The position numbers and the translations under genes are program-made. This document shows positions 9,820 to 21,386 of a stretch of DNA of 64,000 bases, one piece after another. The first letter of the stretch is position 1. Each line of letters starts with the position of its first letter. The notes below the pieces were generated by a model, which saw only the letters and a list, made by a program, of their open reading frames with translations, was not told the origin of the DNA and ran no database searches. Origin of the DNA: Clostridia bacterium (GTDB lineage: Bacteria > Bacillota > Clostridia > TANB77 > CAG-465); the NCBI GenBank assembly GCA_045536565.1, contig JAZSNU010000017.1, forward strand, positions 34,141 to 98,140, given 5' to 3'.

Positions 9820-10108
9820 AATTACTTGGTCTCCTTCTTTTATTCAAGAATTAAAAAATATTTGTTCATATTTAGCATACGATTTAGGAAATTATAGTTC
9901 AGCACAAAAATTTCGAAATGAAATATATGATAAAATATATTCATTAGAATTTTATCCTGAACGATTTACAAAATTATTATTTTCAAAAAATGTTAGAAAA
10001 TTTTATGTAGGTAATTACATAGTTCTATATGAAGTGTATAGAGATTATGGTAAAGTTGACATCTTACATATATTTCATTCGAAACAAAATTATTTTAATT
10101 TGATATAA
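9797..10108 (+). CDS. RelE/ParE-family toxin
   Basis: GGAGG RBS before ATG 9797; 'YKITWSPSF...SLEFYPER...NYIVLY...VDILHIFHSKQNY'. Confidence 0.88.
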   Translation: MELMKRYKITWSPSFIQELKNICSYLAYDLGNYSSAQKFRNEIYDKIYSLEFYPERFTKLLFSKNVRKFYVGNYIVLYEVYRDYGKVDILHIFHSKQNYFNLI

Positions 10109-10301
10109 TTCATTTTATACATAAATCTAATCAATTTTAATCAATAATTTTTATAAATACTCTCAATAAAATATTATTTATACTTTAATCAATTTAAATT
10201 AACCATTATCTATAATTTGTTGGCTATTTTTCTTGCAATATTTGGTATATTAATGATATAATACATCATTATGATATTAATAGAAAAAGGAGCGAATATA
10301 G

Positions 10302-11963
10302 ATGGATTTAGGTTACGAGAAATTGGCTAATTTAATATTTCCAGATATAACTGAAACAATAGATGATTTAGAGAAAAGATATTCTGAAAGAAACTTACCA
10401 GAAGGAGCAGAGGTTACTAGGTTTGCACCATCACCAACTGGTTTTTTACACTCAGGTGCACTTTTTACAACATTAGTAAATAAAAAGATTGCGGAGCAAA
10501 CAGGTGGTATTTTCTATTTTAGATTAGAAGATACAGATACTAAAAGAGAAATTGAAGGTAGCGCTGATGTATTCTTAAATGAACTTGAAGCTTTTAATTT
10601 ACTTCCACACGAAGGAGTTCAAAAAGGCGGAAGTGAAATAGGAGAATACGGTCCATATACTCAAAGTAAAAGAGAGAATATATATAAAATATGTGCGAAG
10701 GAGCTCATACGTAAGGGTCTTGCTTACCCTTGCTTCTGCACAAGTGAAGATTTAGATAAATTAAGAACAATGCAAGAAAAGGGTAAGATGAGACCCGGAT
10801 ATTATGGCAATTTTGCTAGATGTAGAAATAATACACCAGAAGAAATGATTGCAAGAATTGAAAAAGGAGATAAGTACATATTAAGACTTAGATCTGGTGG
10901 TTCTCACTTAAAAAAAATTGCATTTACAGATAAAATTAGAGGAAAGATAGAACAAGCGCAAAACGATCAAGATATTGTAATTATTAAGTCTGATGGACTT
11001 CCAACATATCATTTTGCACATGCAGTTGATGATCATTTTATGAGAACAACTTTGGTTGTAAGAGGTGAAGAATGGGTAGCATCAGTACCACTTCATTTAG
11101 AACTATTTTATGTGCTTGGATTTAAGCAAGTGAAATATGCTCATGTTCCAACTATAATGAAATTAGATGGAGATAGCAAAAGAAAACTAAGTAAGAGAAA
11201 AGACCCAGAAGCAGCATGTTCATATTTCTTAGAAAGTGGATATCCAACTGAGGCAATTATTGATTACTTACTTACAATAATTAATTCTGATTTTGAGCCT
11301 TGGAGAAAAGGACATCAAAACACGGATATATCAGAGTTTGAAGTTAGACTTTCAAAAATGAATGTAGCAGGTGCACTATTTGATATGGTTAAAATAAATG
11401 ATATTTCTAAAAATATTATTGGTAATATGACAACTGATGAATTATTTAATAAAGTATCAATTTGGGCTGAGAAATATAACGAAGAGTTAAATAGTGTTAT
11501 TAATAAAGATCCAGAATACTTCAAACAAATATTAGGAATTGAAAGAGATAATGTGACAAAAGTTAGAAAAGATTTTGCAAAATATGAAGATATACTTCCA
11601 AATATTTCATATATGTATACTGATATGTTTGAAGAAGATATAAAAAACGGATATAACTTTAATGAAAATATTTCAAAAGAAGAAGTTAAGAATATTATAT
11701 CTAAATATCTTGAAATAATTGATATAGATGTAGATAAAGATACATGGTTTGCAAACTTAAAAGAGTTTACAGATTCTATTGGTTTTTGTTCAAATATGAA
11801 AGAATATAAGCAGAATAAAGAAGCATACAAAGGAAGTATTGCTGATGTATCTGGTGTTATTAGAGTAGGGGTTACAAATAGACAAAATACACCTGATATA
11901 TATAGTATTATGAATGTACTTGGAATAGATGAAGTAAAGAGAAGACTAGAATTAGTTAAATAA
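10302..11963 (+). CDS. gltX: Glutamate--tRNA ligase
   Basis: TRFAPSPTG, RLEDTD and KLSKR motifs. Confidence 0.96.
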   Translation: MDLGYEKLANLIFPDITETIDDLEKRYSERNLPEGAEVTRFAPSPTGFLHSGALFTTLVNKKIAEQTGGIFYFRLEDTDTKREIEGSADVFLNELEAFNLLPHEGVQKGGSEIGEYGPYTQSKRENIYKICAKELIRKGLAYPCFCTSEDLDKLRTMQEKGKMRPGYYGNFARCRNNTPEEMIARIEKGDKYILRLRSGGSHLKKIAFTDKIRGKIEQAQNDQDIVIIKSDGLPTYHFAHAVDDHFMRTTLVVRGEEWVASVPLHLELFYVLGFKQVKYAHVPTIMKLDGDSKRKLSKRKDPEAACSYFLESGYPTEAIIDYLLTIINSDFEPWRKGHQNTDISEFEVRLSKMNVAGALFDMVKINDISKNIIGNMTTDELFNKVSIWAEKYNEELNSVINKDPEYFKQILGIERDNVTKVRKDFAKYEDILPNISYMYTDMFEEDIKNGYNFNENISKEEVKNIISKYLEIIDIDVDKDTWFANLKEFTDSIGFCSNMKEYKQNKEAYKGSIADVSGVIRVGVTNRQNTPDIYSIMNVLGIDEVKRRLELVK

Positions 11964-11977
11964 AGGAGAGAAATAAA

Positions 11978-14773
11978 ATGTCAAATGAAAAGAAAAATTA
12001 TGGGGAAACCTTAAACCTTCCAAAGACAGATTTCCCAATGCGTGGCAATCTGCCAGAAAGAGAACCATTCTTTTTAGAGAGAATGGAAAATATGAAAGTA
12101 TATGAGAAAGCATTAGCTAAAAATAAAGAATCAGGTAAAAACTTTATTCTTCATGATGGACCACCATATGCAAATGGAAATATCCATTTAGGTCATGCTT
12201 TCAATAAAATATTAAAAGATATTTGCGTAAGATATAAAACAATGCAGGGATATTATGCACCATTTATTCCTGGATGGGATACACATGGTCTTCCAATAGA
12301 AAAGAAAGTTCAAAAAGAACTAGGTGTAAGTAAAGATGAAGTTGGAATTCCTAAATTTAGAGAAATATGTAAAAATTATGCCTTAGAACAAGTTGAACTT
12401 CAAGAAGGACAATTTAAAAGACTTGGTGGTTTAGGAGATTATGAAAAGAAATATCTTACTCTTACTCCTGAATTTGAGGCAACACAAATAGAAGTATTTG
12501 GTAAAATGTATGAAAAAGGATATATTTACAGAGACCTAAAACCTGTATATTGGTGTCAAGATTGTGCAACAGCACTTGCTGAGGCTGAAATTGAATATGA
12601 AAATGACACTACTACATCTATATATGTAAAATTTAAAGTTGTAGATGATAAAGGTGTATTTGCAGGACAAGGAAATCTAGATGAAATATACTTTGTAATT
12701 TGGACTACAACACCTTGGACAATACCTGGTAACCAAGCAGTAACTGTAAATAAAGATTTCGAATATTCGCTAGTAAAAGTAAAAGACAATGAAAAATATA
12801 TCATAGCAACTGAACTTGTAGATGTTGTAATGAAAGAAGCAGGAATTGAAAATTATTCAACAGTTGCTACATATAAAGGTGAAGAATTTGAAAACATGTG
12901 GCTTGCACATCCAATTATGGATAAAAAATCAAGAGTGTTATTAGGTGCAGATAATGATCTATTAGTAACACTTGATGCAGGTACAGGTTGTGTACATACA
13001 GCTCCTGGATTTGGTCATGAAGACTATCTATGTTGTAAAAGATATGGTGATATTGAAATAGTTGTTCCAGTAGATGAAAAAGGATACATGACAGCTGAGG
13101 CTGGTGAATTTAATGGAATGCTATATAGTGATGCTAACGATAAAATAATCGAAAAATTAGATGAAGTAGGAAGTTTAGTTACATCTAAGAAATTAGAACA
13201 TCCATACCCACATTGTTGGAGATGTCATAAACCAATTATTTATAGAGCAACAACTCAATGGTTTGCATCAGTTGATAAATTTAGAGATGCAGCATTAAAT
13301 GAAATAAAGAATGTAAACTGGTACCCTAAATGGGGAGAAGACAGAATGACTAACATGGTAAAAGACAGAAGTGACTGGTGTGTTTCTCGTCAAAGAACAT
13401 GGGGTGTTCCAATTCCAATTCTATACTGTGAAGATTGTGGCAAGGAACTTATAACACCTGAAACAATAGAAGCAATAGCAAGACTTGTTAGAATAAACGG
13501 ATCAAATATTTGGTATGAAATGACAGCAGAGCAAATTTTAGCTACTGTAAAAGGTAATGTTAAATGTGAATGTGGATGCGAAAAATACATCAAAGAAATG
13601 GATATCATGGATGTATGGTTTGATTCTGGTTCAACACATTTTTCAGTATTAAATGATGAGAAAAAAGGTCTTATGTGGCCTGCAACATTATACTTAGAAG
13701 GAAATGATCAATATAGAGGATGGTTCCAATCATCACTTCTTACATCAGTTGCAGTAAATGGCAAAGCCCCATATGAAAATGTTGTAACACATGGTTTCTT
13801 AATTGATGAAGAAAAGAGAAAAATGTCAAAATCAGCTGGTAACGGTATTAACCCACAAGATGTAATACAAAAATTTGGAGCAGATATATTAAGATTTTGG
13901 ACTATATCTTCTGATTATCATACTGATGTTAGAGTATCAAATGATATCTTAGCACAAGTTGCAGAAGTATATAAAAAGATAAGAAATACTGCAAGATTTA
14001 TGCTTGGTAATTTGTATGACTTTAATCCAAATTCTGATTATATAGAATATGAAGATAGAAATGAATTAGACAAATACATAATGTATAAAGCAAATAAACT
14101 TGTAGAAACAACAATAGCTGCTTATGAAAAATATGATTTCCATATTGTATATAACGAAGTACATAAATTTGCATCATCAGAACTTAGTAGCAAATACTTA
14201 GATGTTGTAAAAGATGCACTATATACATTAAAACCAGAAGATAAAACAAGAAGAGCAATACAGTCTACAATGTATGATGTACTAAATATTGTTGTAAAAT
14301 TAATATCACCAGTATTATGCTTTACAGCAGAAGAAATTTGGAGTTACATGAATCATGATTCTAAGAACAATGAATCTTCTGTACTTCTTACTAACATGCC
14401 AACAGTAGATGAAAAATATAACAATGAAGAATTAGTTGCTAAGTGGGATAAGATTTATGAAATAAGAGAAGAATTACTTGGTGAAATTGAAAAAGCAAGA
14501 GCAGAGAAAAAAGTAGGTCATCCACTTGATGCAAAAGTAACAATAACTACAAAAGGAAAAGACTACGAATTTAAATCTGAAATAACAGAAGTTTTAGAAA
14601 TGATATTAATTGTTTCTAAGGTTGAAGTTGTAGAAGGAGAAGAAAAGAAAGTAGAAGTAGATAAAGCACCTGGATATAAATGTGCGAGATGTTGGAAATA
14701 TGATGAGGATATCGGCAGAGATAAACACAATCCTGACATATGTCCAAAATGTATAGCAAATACAACAAAATAA
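11978..14773 (+). CDS. ileS: Isoleucine--tRNA ligase (type 1)
   Basis: DGPPYANG, HLGH, WTTTPWT, KMSKS and C-terminal Zn finger. Confidence 0.98.
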   Translation: MSNEKKNYGETLNLPKTDFPMRGNLPEREPFFLERMENMKVYEKALAKNKESGKNFILHDGPPYANGNIHLGHAFNKILKDICVRYKTMQGYYAPFIPGWDTHGLPIEKKVQKELGVSKDEVGIPKFREICKNYALEQVELQEGQFKRLGGLGDYEKKYLTLTPEFEATQIEVFGKMYEKGYIYRDLKPVYWCQDCATALAEAEIEYENDTTTSIYVKFKVVDDKGVFAGQGNLDEIYFVIWTTTPWTIPGNQAVTVNKDFEYSLVKVKDNEKYIIATELVDVVMKEAGIENYSTVATYKGEEFENMWLAHPIMDKKSRVLLGADNDLLVTLDAGTGCVHTAPGFGHEDYLCCKRYGDIEIVVPVDEKGYMTAEAGEFNGMLYSDANDKIIEKLDEVGSLVTSKKLEHPYPHCWRCHKPIIYRATTQWFASVDKFRDAALNEIKNVNWYPKWGEDRMTNMVKDRSDWCVSRQRTWGVPIPILYCEDCGKELITPETIEAIARLVRINGSNIWYEMTAEQILATVKGNVKCECGCEKYIKEMDIMDVWFDSGSTHFSVLNDEKKGLMWPATLYLEGNDQYRGWFQSSLLTSVAVNGKAPYENVVTHGFLIDEEKRKMSKSAGNGINPQDVIQKFGADILRFWTISSDYHTDVRVSNDILAQVAEVYKKIRNTARFMLGNLYDFNPNSDYIEYEDRNELDKYIMYKANKLVETTIAAYEKYDFHIVYNEVHKFASSELSSKYLDVVKDALYTLKPEDKTRRAIQSTMYDVLNIVVKLISPVLCFTAEEIWSYMNHDSKNNESSVLLTNMPTVDEKYNNEELVAKWDKIYEIREELLGEIEKARAEKKVGHPLDAKVTITTKGKDYEFKSEITEVLEMILIVSKVEVVEGEEKKVEVDKAPGYKCARCWKYDEDIGRDKHNPDICPKCIANTTK

Positions 14774-14783
14774 CAAAGAATAG

Positions 14784-14817
14784 AATAAAGGCCCCTATAT
14801 GAATAGGGACCTTTATT
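14784..14817. terminator. Bidirectional terminator
   Basis: AATAAAGGCCCCTAT/ATAGGGACCTTTATT imperfect inverted repeat between convergent genes. Confidence 0.75.
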
Positions 14818-15240
14818 TTATGCTTCGGTAGCTTCAAAGTTATTAAACAATGTATCTATTTTACCCGAATTCTTCTCTTTAGGAAACCAAAGCACGATTT
14901 CTTTTAGAGGTGATGATAGCTTATGAATTGACCAAGATGTGGTGACAATTGGTAAAGTGAGTATTGCGGTTTTTTCAGGAGCACCGCCAGATTTTTCAGT
15001 TTTAAATTCGATAACACCACGTAAAGATCGCTGAGATGTTGATATATATGAAGAAATATTTTTGATTTTTGACAAATCAGCATCAATTCCATCCCTTATT
15101 GCAAAACCGTATCCTTCGACATCCTTAGTAAAATCAAGAGTTGTCATATATGGCAGTGTATTTATTTGATTACCAAAGTTAACCTCCTTACCAAAAGCAA
15201 ACTCAAACATACTTGAAATTTTCATAATATTTTCCTCCAT
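14818..15240 (-). CDS. Hypothetical protein
   Basis: 140-codon ORF filling an intergenic gap; GGAGGA RBS suggests an internal start at MKISS. Confidence 0.65.
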   Translation of the reverse strand: MEENIMKISSMFEFAFGKEVNFGNQINTLPYMTTLDFTKDVEGYGFAIRDGIDADLSKIKNISSYISTSQRSLRGVIEFKTEKSGGAPEKTAILTLPIVTTSWSIHKLSSPLKEIVLWFPKEKNSGKIDTLFNNFEATEA

Positions 15241-15381
15241 AAAATTATTTATATAACAAAAATTACTACATTAATATTATATCATACACTTCATATTTAT
15301 GTCAATTCGATAGGTTCTATATATTAAATGTTGTAACATATGTATGTAGTATAGTATAGAATATATAAAGGTGATAATTTT

Positions 15382-16524
15382 ATGAAAGAAATATATGTGG
15401 ATCATAGTGCCACAACTTATGTAAGAGATGAAGTATTAGATGCTATGTTACCATATTTTAGTGAGAAATTTGGTAATGCCTCATCTGGCTATTCTTTAGG
15501 CAGAGAGTCAAAAAAAACAATAGATATAGCAAGAAAACAAGTAGCAGATGCAATAAATTCAAATGCTGATGAAATATATTTTACAAGCGGTGGAAGTGAG
15601 GCAGATAACCTCGTTATAAAAGGCATTGCTTATGCAAATAAGGATAAAGGTAATCATATTATAACTAGTAAAATTGAACATCCTGCTGTGTTAAATACAT
15701 GTAAATGTTTAGAAAAAGATGGATTTGAAGTGACTTACTTATCAGTAGACGAAAATGGTTTTGTCAAATTTGATGAGCTTAGGAATAGTATAACAGATAA
15801 AACAATTTTAATTAGTATTATGACTGCAAATAACGAAATAGGGACAATACAAAATATACAAGAAATAGGGAAAATAGCTAGATTTAAAGATGTATATTTT
15901 CATACCGATAGTGTTCAAGCAATAGGAAATATGAAAATAGATGTAAAAGAAATGAATATAGATGCACTCAGTATGTCTGCTCATAAGTTTTATGGCCCCA
16001 AAGGTATAGGAGCAGCATATATAAAAAAAGGAATATCATTTAATCCAATTATAAATGGTGGTCATCAAGAAAATTCAAAAAGAGCAGGAACTGAAAATGT
16101 ACCCGCAATAGTTGGTATGGGTAGGGCAATTGAGCTTGCAAATAGTGAGATTGAGGAATATAACAAAAAGTTAGTAGAGCTTAGAAATTATACAGTGGAT
16201 AGAATATTAAAAGAAATCTCGGATGTAAGGATAAATGGGGATTTAGACAAAAGATTACCAGGTAATGTAAATGTTTCATTTAAAGGTATAGAAGGGATGT
16301 CTTTACTTCTTATGCTTGATATGAAAGGAATATGTGCATCTAGTGGTAGTGCGTGTACTACTGGAACAGTTAATCCTTCACATGTTCTTAAAGCGATAGG
16401 ACTAGAAGATAAAATGGCAAAAGGAACATTAAGACTAACATTTGGAAAGGCTAATACACTTGATGATGCAGAGCATATAGTAGATATATTAAAAGAAGCG
16501 ATAGAAGAACTTAGAAATATGTAA
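15382..16524 (+). CDS. iscS: Cysteine desulfurase (NifS/IscS family)
   Basis: YVDHSATT, SAHKFYGPKG (PLP Lys) and SSGSAC motifs. Confidence 0.92.
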   Translation: MKEIYVDHSATTYVRDEVLDAMLPYFSEKFGNASSGYSLGRESKKTIDIARKQVADAINSNADEIYFTSGGSEADNLVIKGIAYANKDKGNHIITSKIEHPAVLNTCKCLEKDGFEVTYLSVDENGFVKFDELRNSITDKTILISIMTANNEIGTIQNIQEIGKIARFKDVYFHTDSVQAIGNMKIDVKEMNIDALSMSAHKFYGPKGIGAAYIKKGISFNPIINGGHQENSKRAGTENVPAIVGMGRAIELANSEIEEYNKKLVELRNYTVDRILKEISDVRINGDLDKRLPGNVNVSFKGIEGMSLLLMLDMKGICASSGSACTTGTVNPSHVLKAIGLEDKMAKGTLRLTFGKANTLDDAEHIVDILKEAIEELRNM

Positions 16525-16584
16525 TATTCTGTTCTTTATTTTTTCTTGTTATTATGATAGAATATCTAAAACGGAGGAGATAAA

Positions 16585-17466
16585 ATGATAGATTTACATA
16601 CTCATACAACATATTCAGATGGAACATTTAGTGTTAAAGAGGTTTTAACAGAAGCAGAAAAAACAGAAGTTACAATGCTTTCAATAACAGACCATGATAA
16701 AGTTCAGGCATATATTGAAATGAAAGAGTTTGATGTAAAAGATTACTATACAGGTAAAATTATGGTAGGAGCTGAATTTAGCGTAGCACATGAAGGCAAG
16801 AGAATGGAACTTCTTGGCTATGGTTTTGATATAGACAAAGTTAAATCATGGCTAGATAAAACATTTGCTAAACAAAAATTAATAGATGATAATATAATTG
16901 AATTTAACGAAATATATGAAACTTGTAAAGAAAAGGGTATAAAGGTAACAGATAATTTACACTATGATCCAAACGGTTATGCGGTTGATGCAATATATTA
17001 TGATGTTACAAAATACGAAGAAAATAAAAAGTTTTTTACTGATGATGAATGGAATAACATAGATATATTTTGGAGAAAATGTTCTAATGATAAAGACTTT
17101 ATACTTTACTGGGATTTTTCAAAAAGAACACCGTCAGCAGAAGAAGTTTCAAAATTAATAAGAGAAGCAGGCGGAAAAGTATTTGTAGCTCATATATTTA
17201 AGTATCAAATAGATAATCATATTGAACTTTTAAATAGCTTGGTGGATAAAGGTGTTTTAGATGGAGTAGAAGTATATTATTCTGCTTTTACTGATGAGCA
17301 AATTAAATACTTAGAAGATTATTGTAAAAAGAATGATATGCTTATGTCAGCGGGCTCTGATTTTCATGGTATGAAGAAAAAAGATAGAAAAATAGGGATA
17401 GGATATGGAAACATGAATGTCCAAGAAGAAGTAGTTAAAGATTGGTTTAAAGAATATATAATATAA
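16585..17466 (+). CDS. PHP-domain phosphoesterase
   Basis: DLHTHT..SDG, ITDHD and GSDFHG motifs. Confidence 0.92.
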   Translation: MIDLHTHTTYSDGTFSVKEVLTEAEKTEVTMLSITDHDKVQAYIEMKEFDVKDYYTGKIMVGAEFSVAHEGKRMELLGYGFDIDKVKSWLDKTFAKQKLIDDNIIEFNEIYETCKEKGIKVTDNLHYDPNGYAVDAIYYDVTKYEENKKFFTDDEWNNIDIFWRKCSNDKDFILYWDFSKRTPSAEEVSKLIREAGGKVFVAHIFKYQIDNHIELLNSLVDKGVLDGVEVYYSAFTDEQIKYLEDYCKKNDMLMSAGSDFHGMKKKDRKIGIGYGNMNVQEEVVKDWFKEYII

Positions 17467-17504
17467 TGAATAATATTTAAATTTTTGTAAATAATATTAG
17501 TATT

Positions 17505-17921
17505 ATGAAGAGATTTTTTATATATGGATTTATAGGTTGTTCTATGGAAGTGTTTTGGACTGGTATAGCATCGCTATTTAAAGGGGATACTGCCTTAATG
17601 TCACATAGTAGTATATGGATGATAGTAATATATGGCATGGCACTGTTTTTAGAGCCATTTCAAAATATGTTAAATAATAAAAACTGGTTTATTAGAGGAA
17701 TAGTATATATGCTGCTTATATATTTGACTGAATATGTTACGGGTTTTATACTAGATATTTTTGATATACAAGTTTGGAGATATACAGATATATTAAATAT
17801 TAATGGATATATAACAGGCACATTTGCTCCACTTTGGTTTGCAGTTGGATTATTCTTTGAAAGAGTAAGAATGTGGCTTGATAATGTATCTGAAATTGAT
17901 CCAGAATTAAGTTATGAATAA
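17505..17921 (+). CDS. Small multi-TM protein (putative ABC permease-like family)
   Basis: 'YGFIGCSMEV', 'EYVTG' and 'WRY...NINGYI' pattern. Confidence 0.7.
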   Translation: MKRFFIYGFIGCSMEVFWTGIASLFKGDTALMSHSSIWMIVIYGMALFLEPFQNMLNNKNWFIRGIVYMLLIYLTEYVTGFILDIFDIQVWRYTDILNINGYITGTFAPLWFAVGLFFERVRMWLDNVSEIDPELSYE

Positions 17922-17982
17922 TTAAAAAAGTACAAAATAGCCTTCGCGTTTTAGCGAAGGCTTAATTTTGTCATGTTATTCG

Positions 17983-19578
17983 TTATTTTGTAACACTTGT
18001 TACATCGTAATAATTATTGGACTCATAACATTTAACATTAATTGTGTCACCGATTTTAACAAGTGGCAAATACTGTTTACCAGAAGTTATACTTGCAATA
18101 TACAGTTCTTTATCTGAGGACATAATGTAGTAATATGAGTTGCCCTCTATTGTTGCAGTGTAAATTTCTGACACAGTTATTTCTTTATCAAGAATCTCTG
18201 GTTTAGTAGCATTTAAATTAGATGTATCTTTATTTAATGCTTTCAAATATTCTTGCATTCCGTATTCAACACCTAATTTAGATTCTGTAACAGAAAGAAT
18301 CTGAATGTTTTCAACGGATACAAATGCATACATTTTAACAAGTCCTGCGTTGTCTTTTAATGATAAGAAATATGTTGGAACTCCATTAGCATTAATAAGG
18401 ATAGGGAAGGTTGAAGAATAATTTAAGTGTTGTACTTGCCCTTTGGCTGAATCCATAGCAGAATATTCCTCGGCAGATGGCATTTCAAAATATTTTGCTT
18501 TGCCAGTTCTCATGTTTACCATCATAAACCCAATGTTAGATTCATCCTGAACAACAGAGGTAATACCAGTGTACAAATATACATCATTATCAATTGTTAC
18601 ATAGTTATATCCTTCTGTTGATTCTCTTACATTCTTTTGACCGAATATATAATTCCAGAATCCGTTTTCATAAGTTCCCCAAGCATCAATCATTTCGACA
18701 GCTGTGTTAGCATCAATTGCATGGTCAATCCAAGTTGGAATATTTTTGATATCGTATACCTCGATTTCACCATTAATAGGATTTACTAAAATACATCCAG
18801 TAGGCATTTTGGCACGACCGATTCCTGCTGTATATCTAAAAGTAGGAACAATATAATATGGATTACCATTGTCATCAACTTCAAATGAGAAGGTGTCAAA
18901 TAGTACTGTTCTGAAATTTCTTCTTAAATAACGCTGTAAGTCTTTTCCAAAATATGCAGATGGTGAATATTTCATACCTTTTTCAAGTCTTACAAATTCT
19001 GCTTCTTTTGATATACCATCTACTGTGATATATCCTGGTATACCAAAATGTTTATTACTGTTATACTTAAACAAACCAGCATAACCAAGAGGTGAAACTC
19101 TAACTGGCTTTCCGCCATAATTTATTTGAGTGTAATTAGTCATTACATTAAACTGAGAAACCTCGTTTGTTAAAGTTCCCATTTTTCTATTACCTAAAAT
19201 AGAAGAACTTGCTTTATCAATTTGGGGTACCGTATTCCAATCTACCTGAGGAATTTCTTTTTCAAATGTTGTTTTTTCTACATCTAATCTTGAATAATGT
19301 GCAGAAGAATTACACATAGGTCCGCCTACTAGTACACCTATTAGCAATACTGCAACAAATAGTGCTGTAACGCCCCAAGATATACCAGTTGCGATGTATG
19401 ATTCATATTCTATTGCATCAAATATATTTATACATATACTAAATATTGCGCCAATAGAAATTAGGTAGAACCAAAAACCAGGTGATGATAGGTTAAAAGC
19501 AGGTAATGCAAAATAGTAAGTTATCCAACTTAAAATAGCAGTGATAGCTGTTGAAACAGCAAATTTAATGATTTTCAT
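17983..19578 (-). CDS. Conserved membrane-anchored protein of unknown function (3 N-terminal TM plus large extracellular domain)
   Basis: 531-aa ORF; AAGGAG RBS; motifs YTGITSV..DES and LKDNAGLVKMYA. Confidence 0.75.
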   Translation of the reverse strand: MKIIKFAVSTAITAILSWITYYFALPAFNLSSPGFWFYLISIGAIFSICINIFDAIEYESYIATGISWGVTALFVAVLLIGVLVGGPMCNSSAHYSRLDVEKTTFEKEIPQVDWNTVPQIDKASSSILGNRKMGTLTNEVSQFNVMTNYTQINYGGKPVRVSPLGYAGLFKYNSNKHFGIPGYITVDGISKEAEFVRLEKGMKYSPSAYFGKDLQRYLRRNFRTVLFDTFSFEVDDNGNPYYIVPTFRYTAGIGRAKMPTGCILVNPINGEIEVYDIKNIPTWIDHAIDANTAVEMIDAWGTYENGFWNYIFGQKNVRESTEGYNYVTIDNDVYLYTGITSVVQDESNIGFMMVNMRTGKAKYFEMPSAEEYSAMDSAKGQVQHLNYSSTFPILINANGVPTYFLSLKDNAGLVKMYAFVSVENIQILSVTESKLGVEYGMQEYLKALNKDTSNLNATKPEILDKEITVSEIYTATIEGNSYYYIMSSDKELYIASITSGKQYLPLVKIGDTINVKCYESNNYYDVTSVTK

Positions 19579-19785
19579 AATACAATCTCCTTTATAAAAT
19601 TATTTTTAAAGCATAATATTACTACGATATACATTATACCATATTTATGTAAACAAATCAAGATATACTTTATTATAATATACTTGTTAATATTTAAATA
19701 AATTTTATAATACACCATTTAAAAAATATTAGTAATATGATATAATTTGTATGAAAAATATATTAAAGACAGAAGGTTGTATTAT

Positions 19786-20313
19786 ATGTATATAGATAAA
19801 CTAGAAACCAAAAATCTTATACTACGAAAAGCAAGAAAAATTGATTTAGATAGTATATGGAATAATATATGGAAAGATGATAAAATTGCAGAAAATATGC
19901 TCTGGGAAGTAACAAAAAATATTGAAGATGCAAATTCTAGGTTAGAGAGAACTATTAAATATCAGTCAGAAAATTATGCATATTTTGTTTGTTTGAAATC
20001 AAATGATGAGCCTATTGGATTTGCTGGTATAAAAGAAATAGAAGAAGGTGTTTATGAGGAAAGTGGAATATGCATCGCTCGTAAGTACCAAGGAAAAGGA
20101 TATGCAAAAGAGGTAGTAGATGCATTAAAGACTTTAATATTTGATATCCTAAACGGCGATAAATTTATATATGGATGTTTTTCAACAAATGAAAGATCTA
20201 AAAAAGTCTGTCTTTCACAAGGTTTTAAATATTTAAATAGCGTAGATATAACAAGGGATTATGATAATAAAAAGTTTACAGTAGATTATTATTATTTTGA
20301 TAAAGATATGTAA
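19786..20313 (+). CDS. GNAT acetyltransferase (RimJ/RimL-like)
   Basis: 'LETKNLILRK', 'YQGKGYAKE' and 'NERSKKV...GF' motifs. Confidence 0.88.
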   Translation: MYIDKLETKNLILRKARKIDLDSIWNNIWKDDKIAENMLWEVTKNIEDANSRLERTIKYQSENYAYFVCLKSNDEPIGFAGIKEIEEGVYEESGICIARKYQGKGYAKEVVDALKTLIFDILNGDKFIYGCFSTNERSKKVCLSQGFKYLNSVDITRDYDNKKFTVDYYYFDKDM

Positions 20314-20360
20314 ATGAGAAAAGAATAGCATATGTTTTTTATGGAGAAAAAGGAAGGAGA

Positions 20361-21386
20361 ATGATAATGGAAGAAAAATCACTGCAAATAACAAATCATG
20401 ATTTTTTAATATATAAAGATGGAAATAATGATGTTAAAGTAAGTGTTATATTAATTAATAATGATTTATGGTTAACGCAAGATTTAATTGCTGAATTGTT
20501 TGGTACTGCAAGAAGTACAATTACTGAGCATATAAATAATATATTAAATGATGGAGAATTGTTAGAAGAAACTTCCGTCGGAATTTCCGACATAAGTTCT
20601 GGTGGAAGAAAACCTAAAATATACAATTTAGATATGATAATTGCTGTTGGATATAGAGTTAATTCTAAAAAAGCTACTAATTTTAGAATATGGGCTACAA
20701 AAGTATTAAAAGAATATATGATAAAAGGTGTAGTTATGGATGATGAAAGATTAAAAAATCCGAACTATATTTTTGGTGAAGACTATTTTGAAGAAACTCT
20801 TGAAAGAATTAGAAATATTCGTTCTAGTGAAAGAAGATTTTACCAAAAGATTACAGATATATATTCACAATGTAGTATTGATTATGATAAAGATGCAGAA
20901 ATAACTAAACATTTTTTTAAAACTGTACAAAACAAGCTGCATTTTGCTATAACTGGTAATACAGCGGTAGAAATAATATATAATAGAGTAGATTCTGAAA
21001 AAGAACATATGGGACTTACAAATTGGAAAAATTCTCCTGATGGACCAATTTATAAATATGATGTGGATATCGCAAAAAACTATTTAAACGAAGATGAATT
21101 AAAAAAGTTAAATAGAATAGTAACAATGTATTTAGATTATGCTGAAATGCAAGCAGAAAATCATAATGCAATGACAATGGAAGATTGGGTAGAAAAGTTA
21201 AATGCATTTTTACAATTTAATGGAAAAGAGATATTGAAAAATGCTGGAAAAATATCTCAAAGAGTTGCACAAGAATTAGCATATAAAGAATATGATAAGT
21301 TTAAAATAAAACAAGATAAAATGCTTATTTCGGATTTTGATGAATTTGTAAAACAAACAAATTTATTAGAAAAAAATAAAGAGTAA
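20361..21386 (+). CDS. RhuM-family protein
   Basis: WLTQ..IAELF, YNLDMIIAVGYRVNS, FRIWAT and IRSSERRFYQK motifs. Confidence 0.92.
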   Translation: MIMEEKSLQITNHDFLIYKDGNNDVKVSVILINNDLWLTQDLIAELFGTARSTITEHINNILNDGELLEETSVGISDISSGGRKPKIYNLDMIIAVGYRVNSKKATNFRIWATKVLKEYMIKGVVMDDERLKNPNYIFGEDYFEETLERIRNIRSSERRFYQKITDIYSQCSIDYDKDAEITKHFFKTVQNKLHFAITGNTAVEIIYNRVDSEKEHMGLTNWKNSPDGPIYKYDVDIAKNYLNEDELKKLNRIVTMYLDYAEMQAENHNAMTMEDWVEKLNAFLQFNGKEILKNAGKISQRVAQELAYKEYDKFKIKQDKMLISDFDEFVKQTNLLEKNKE

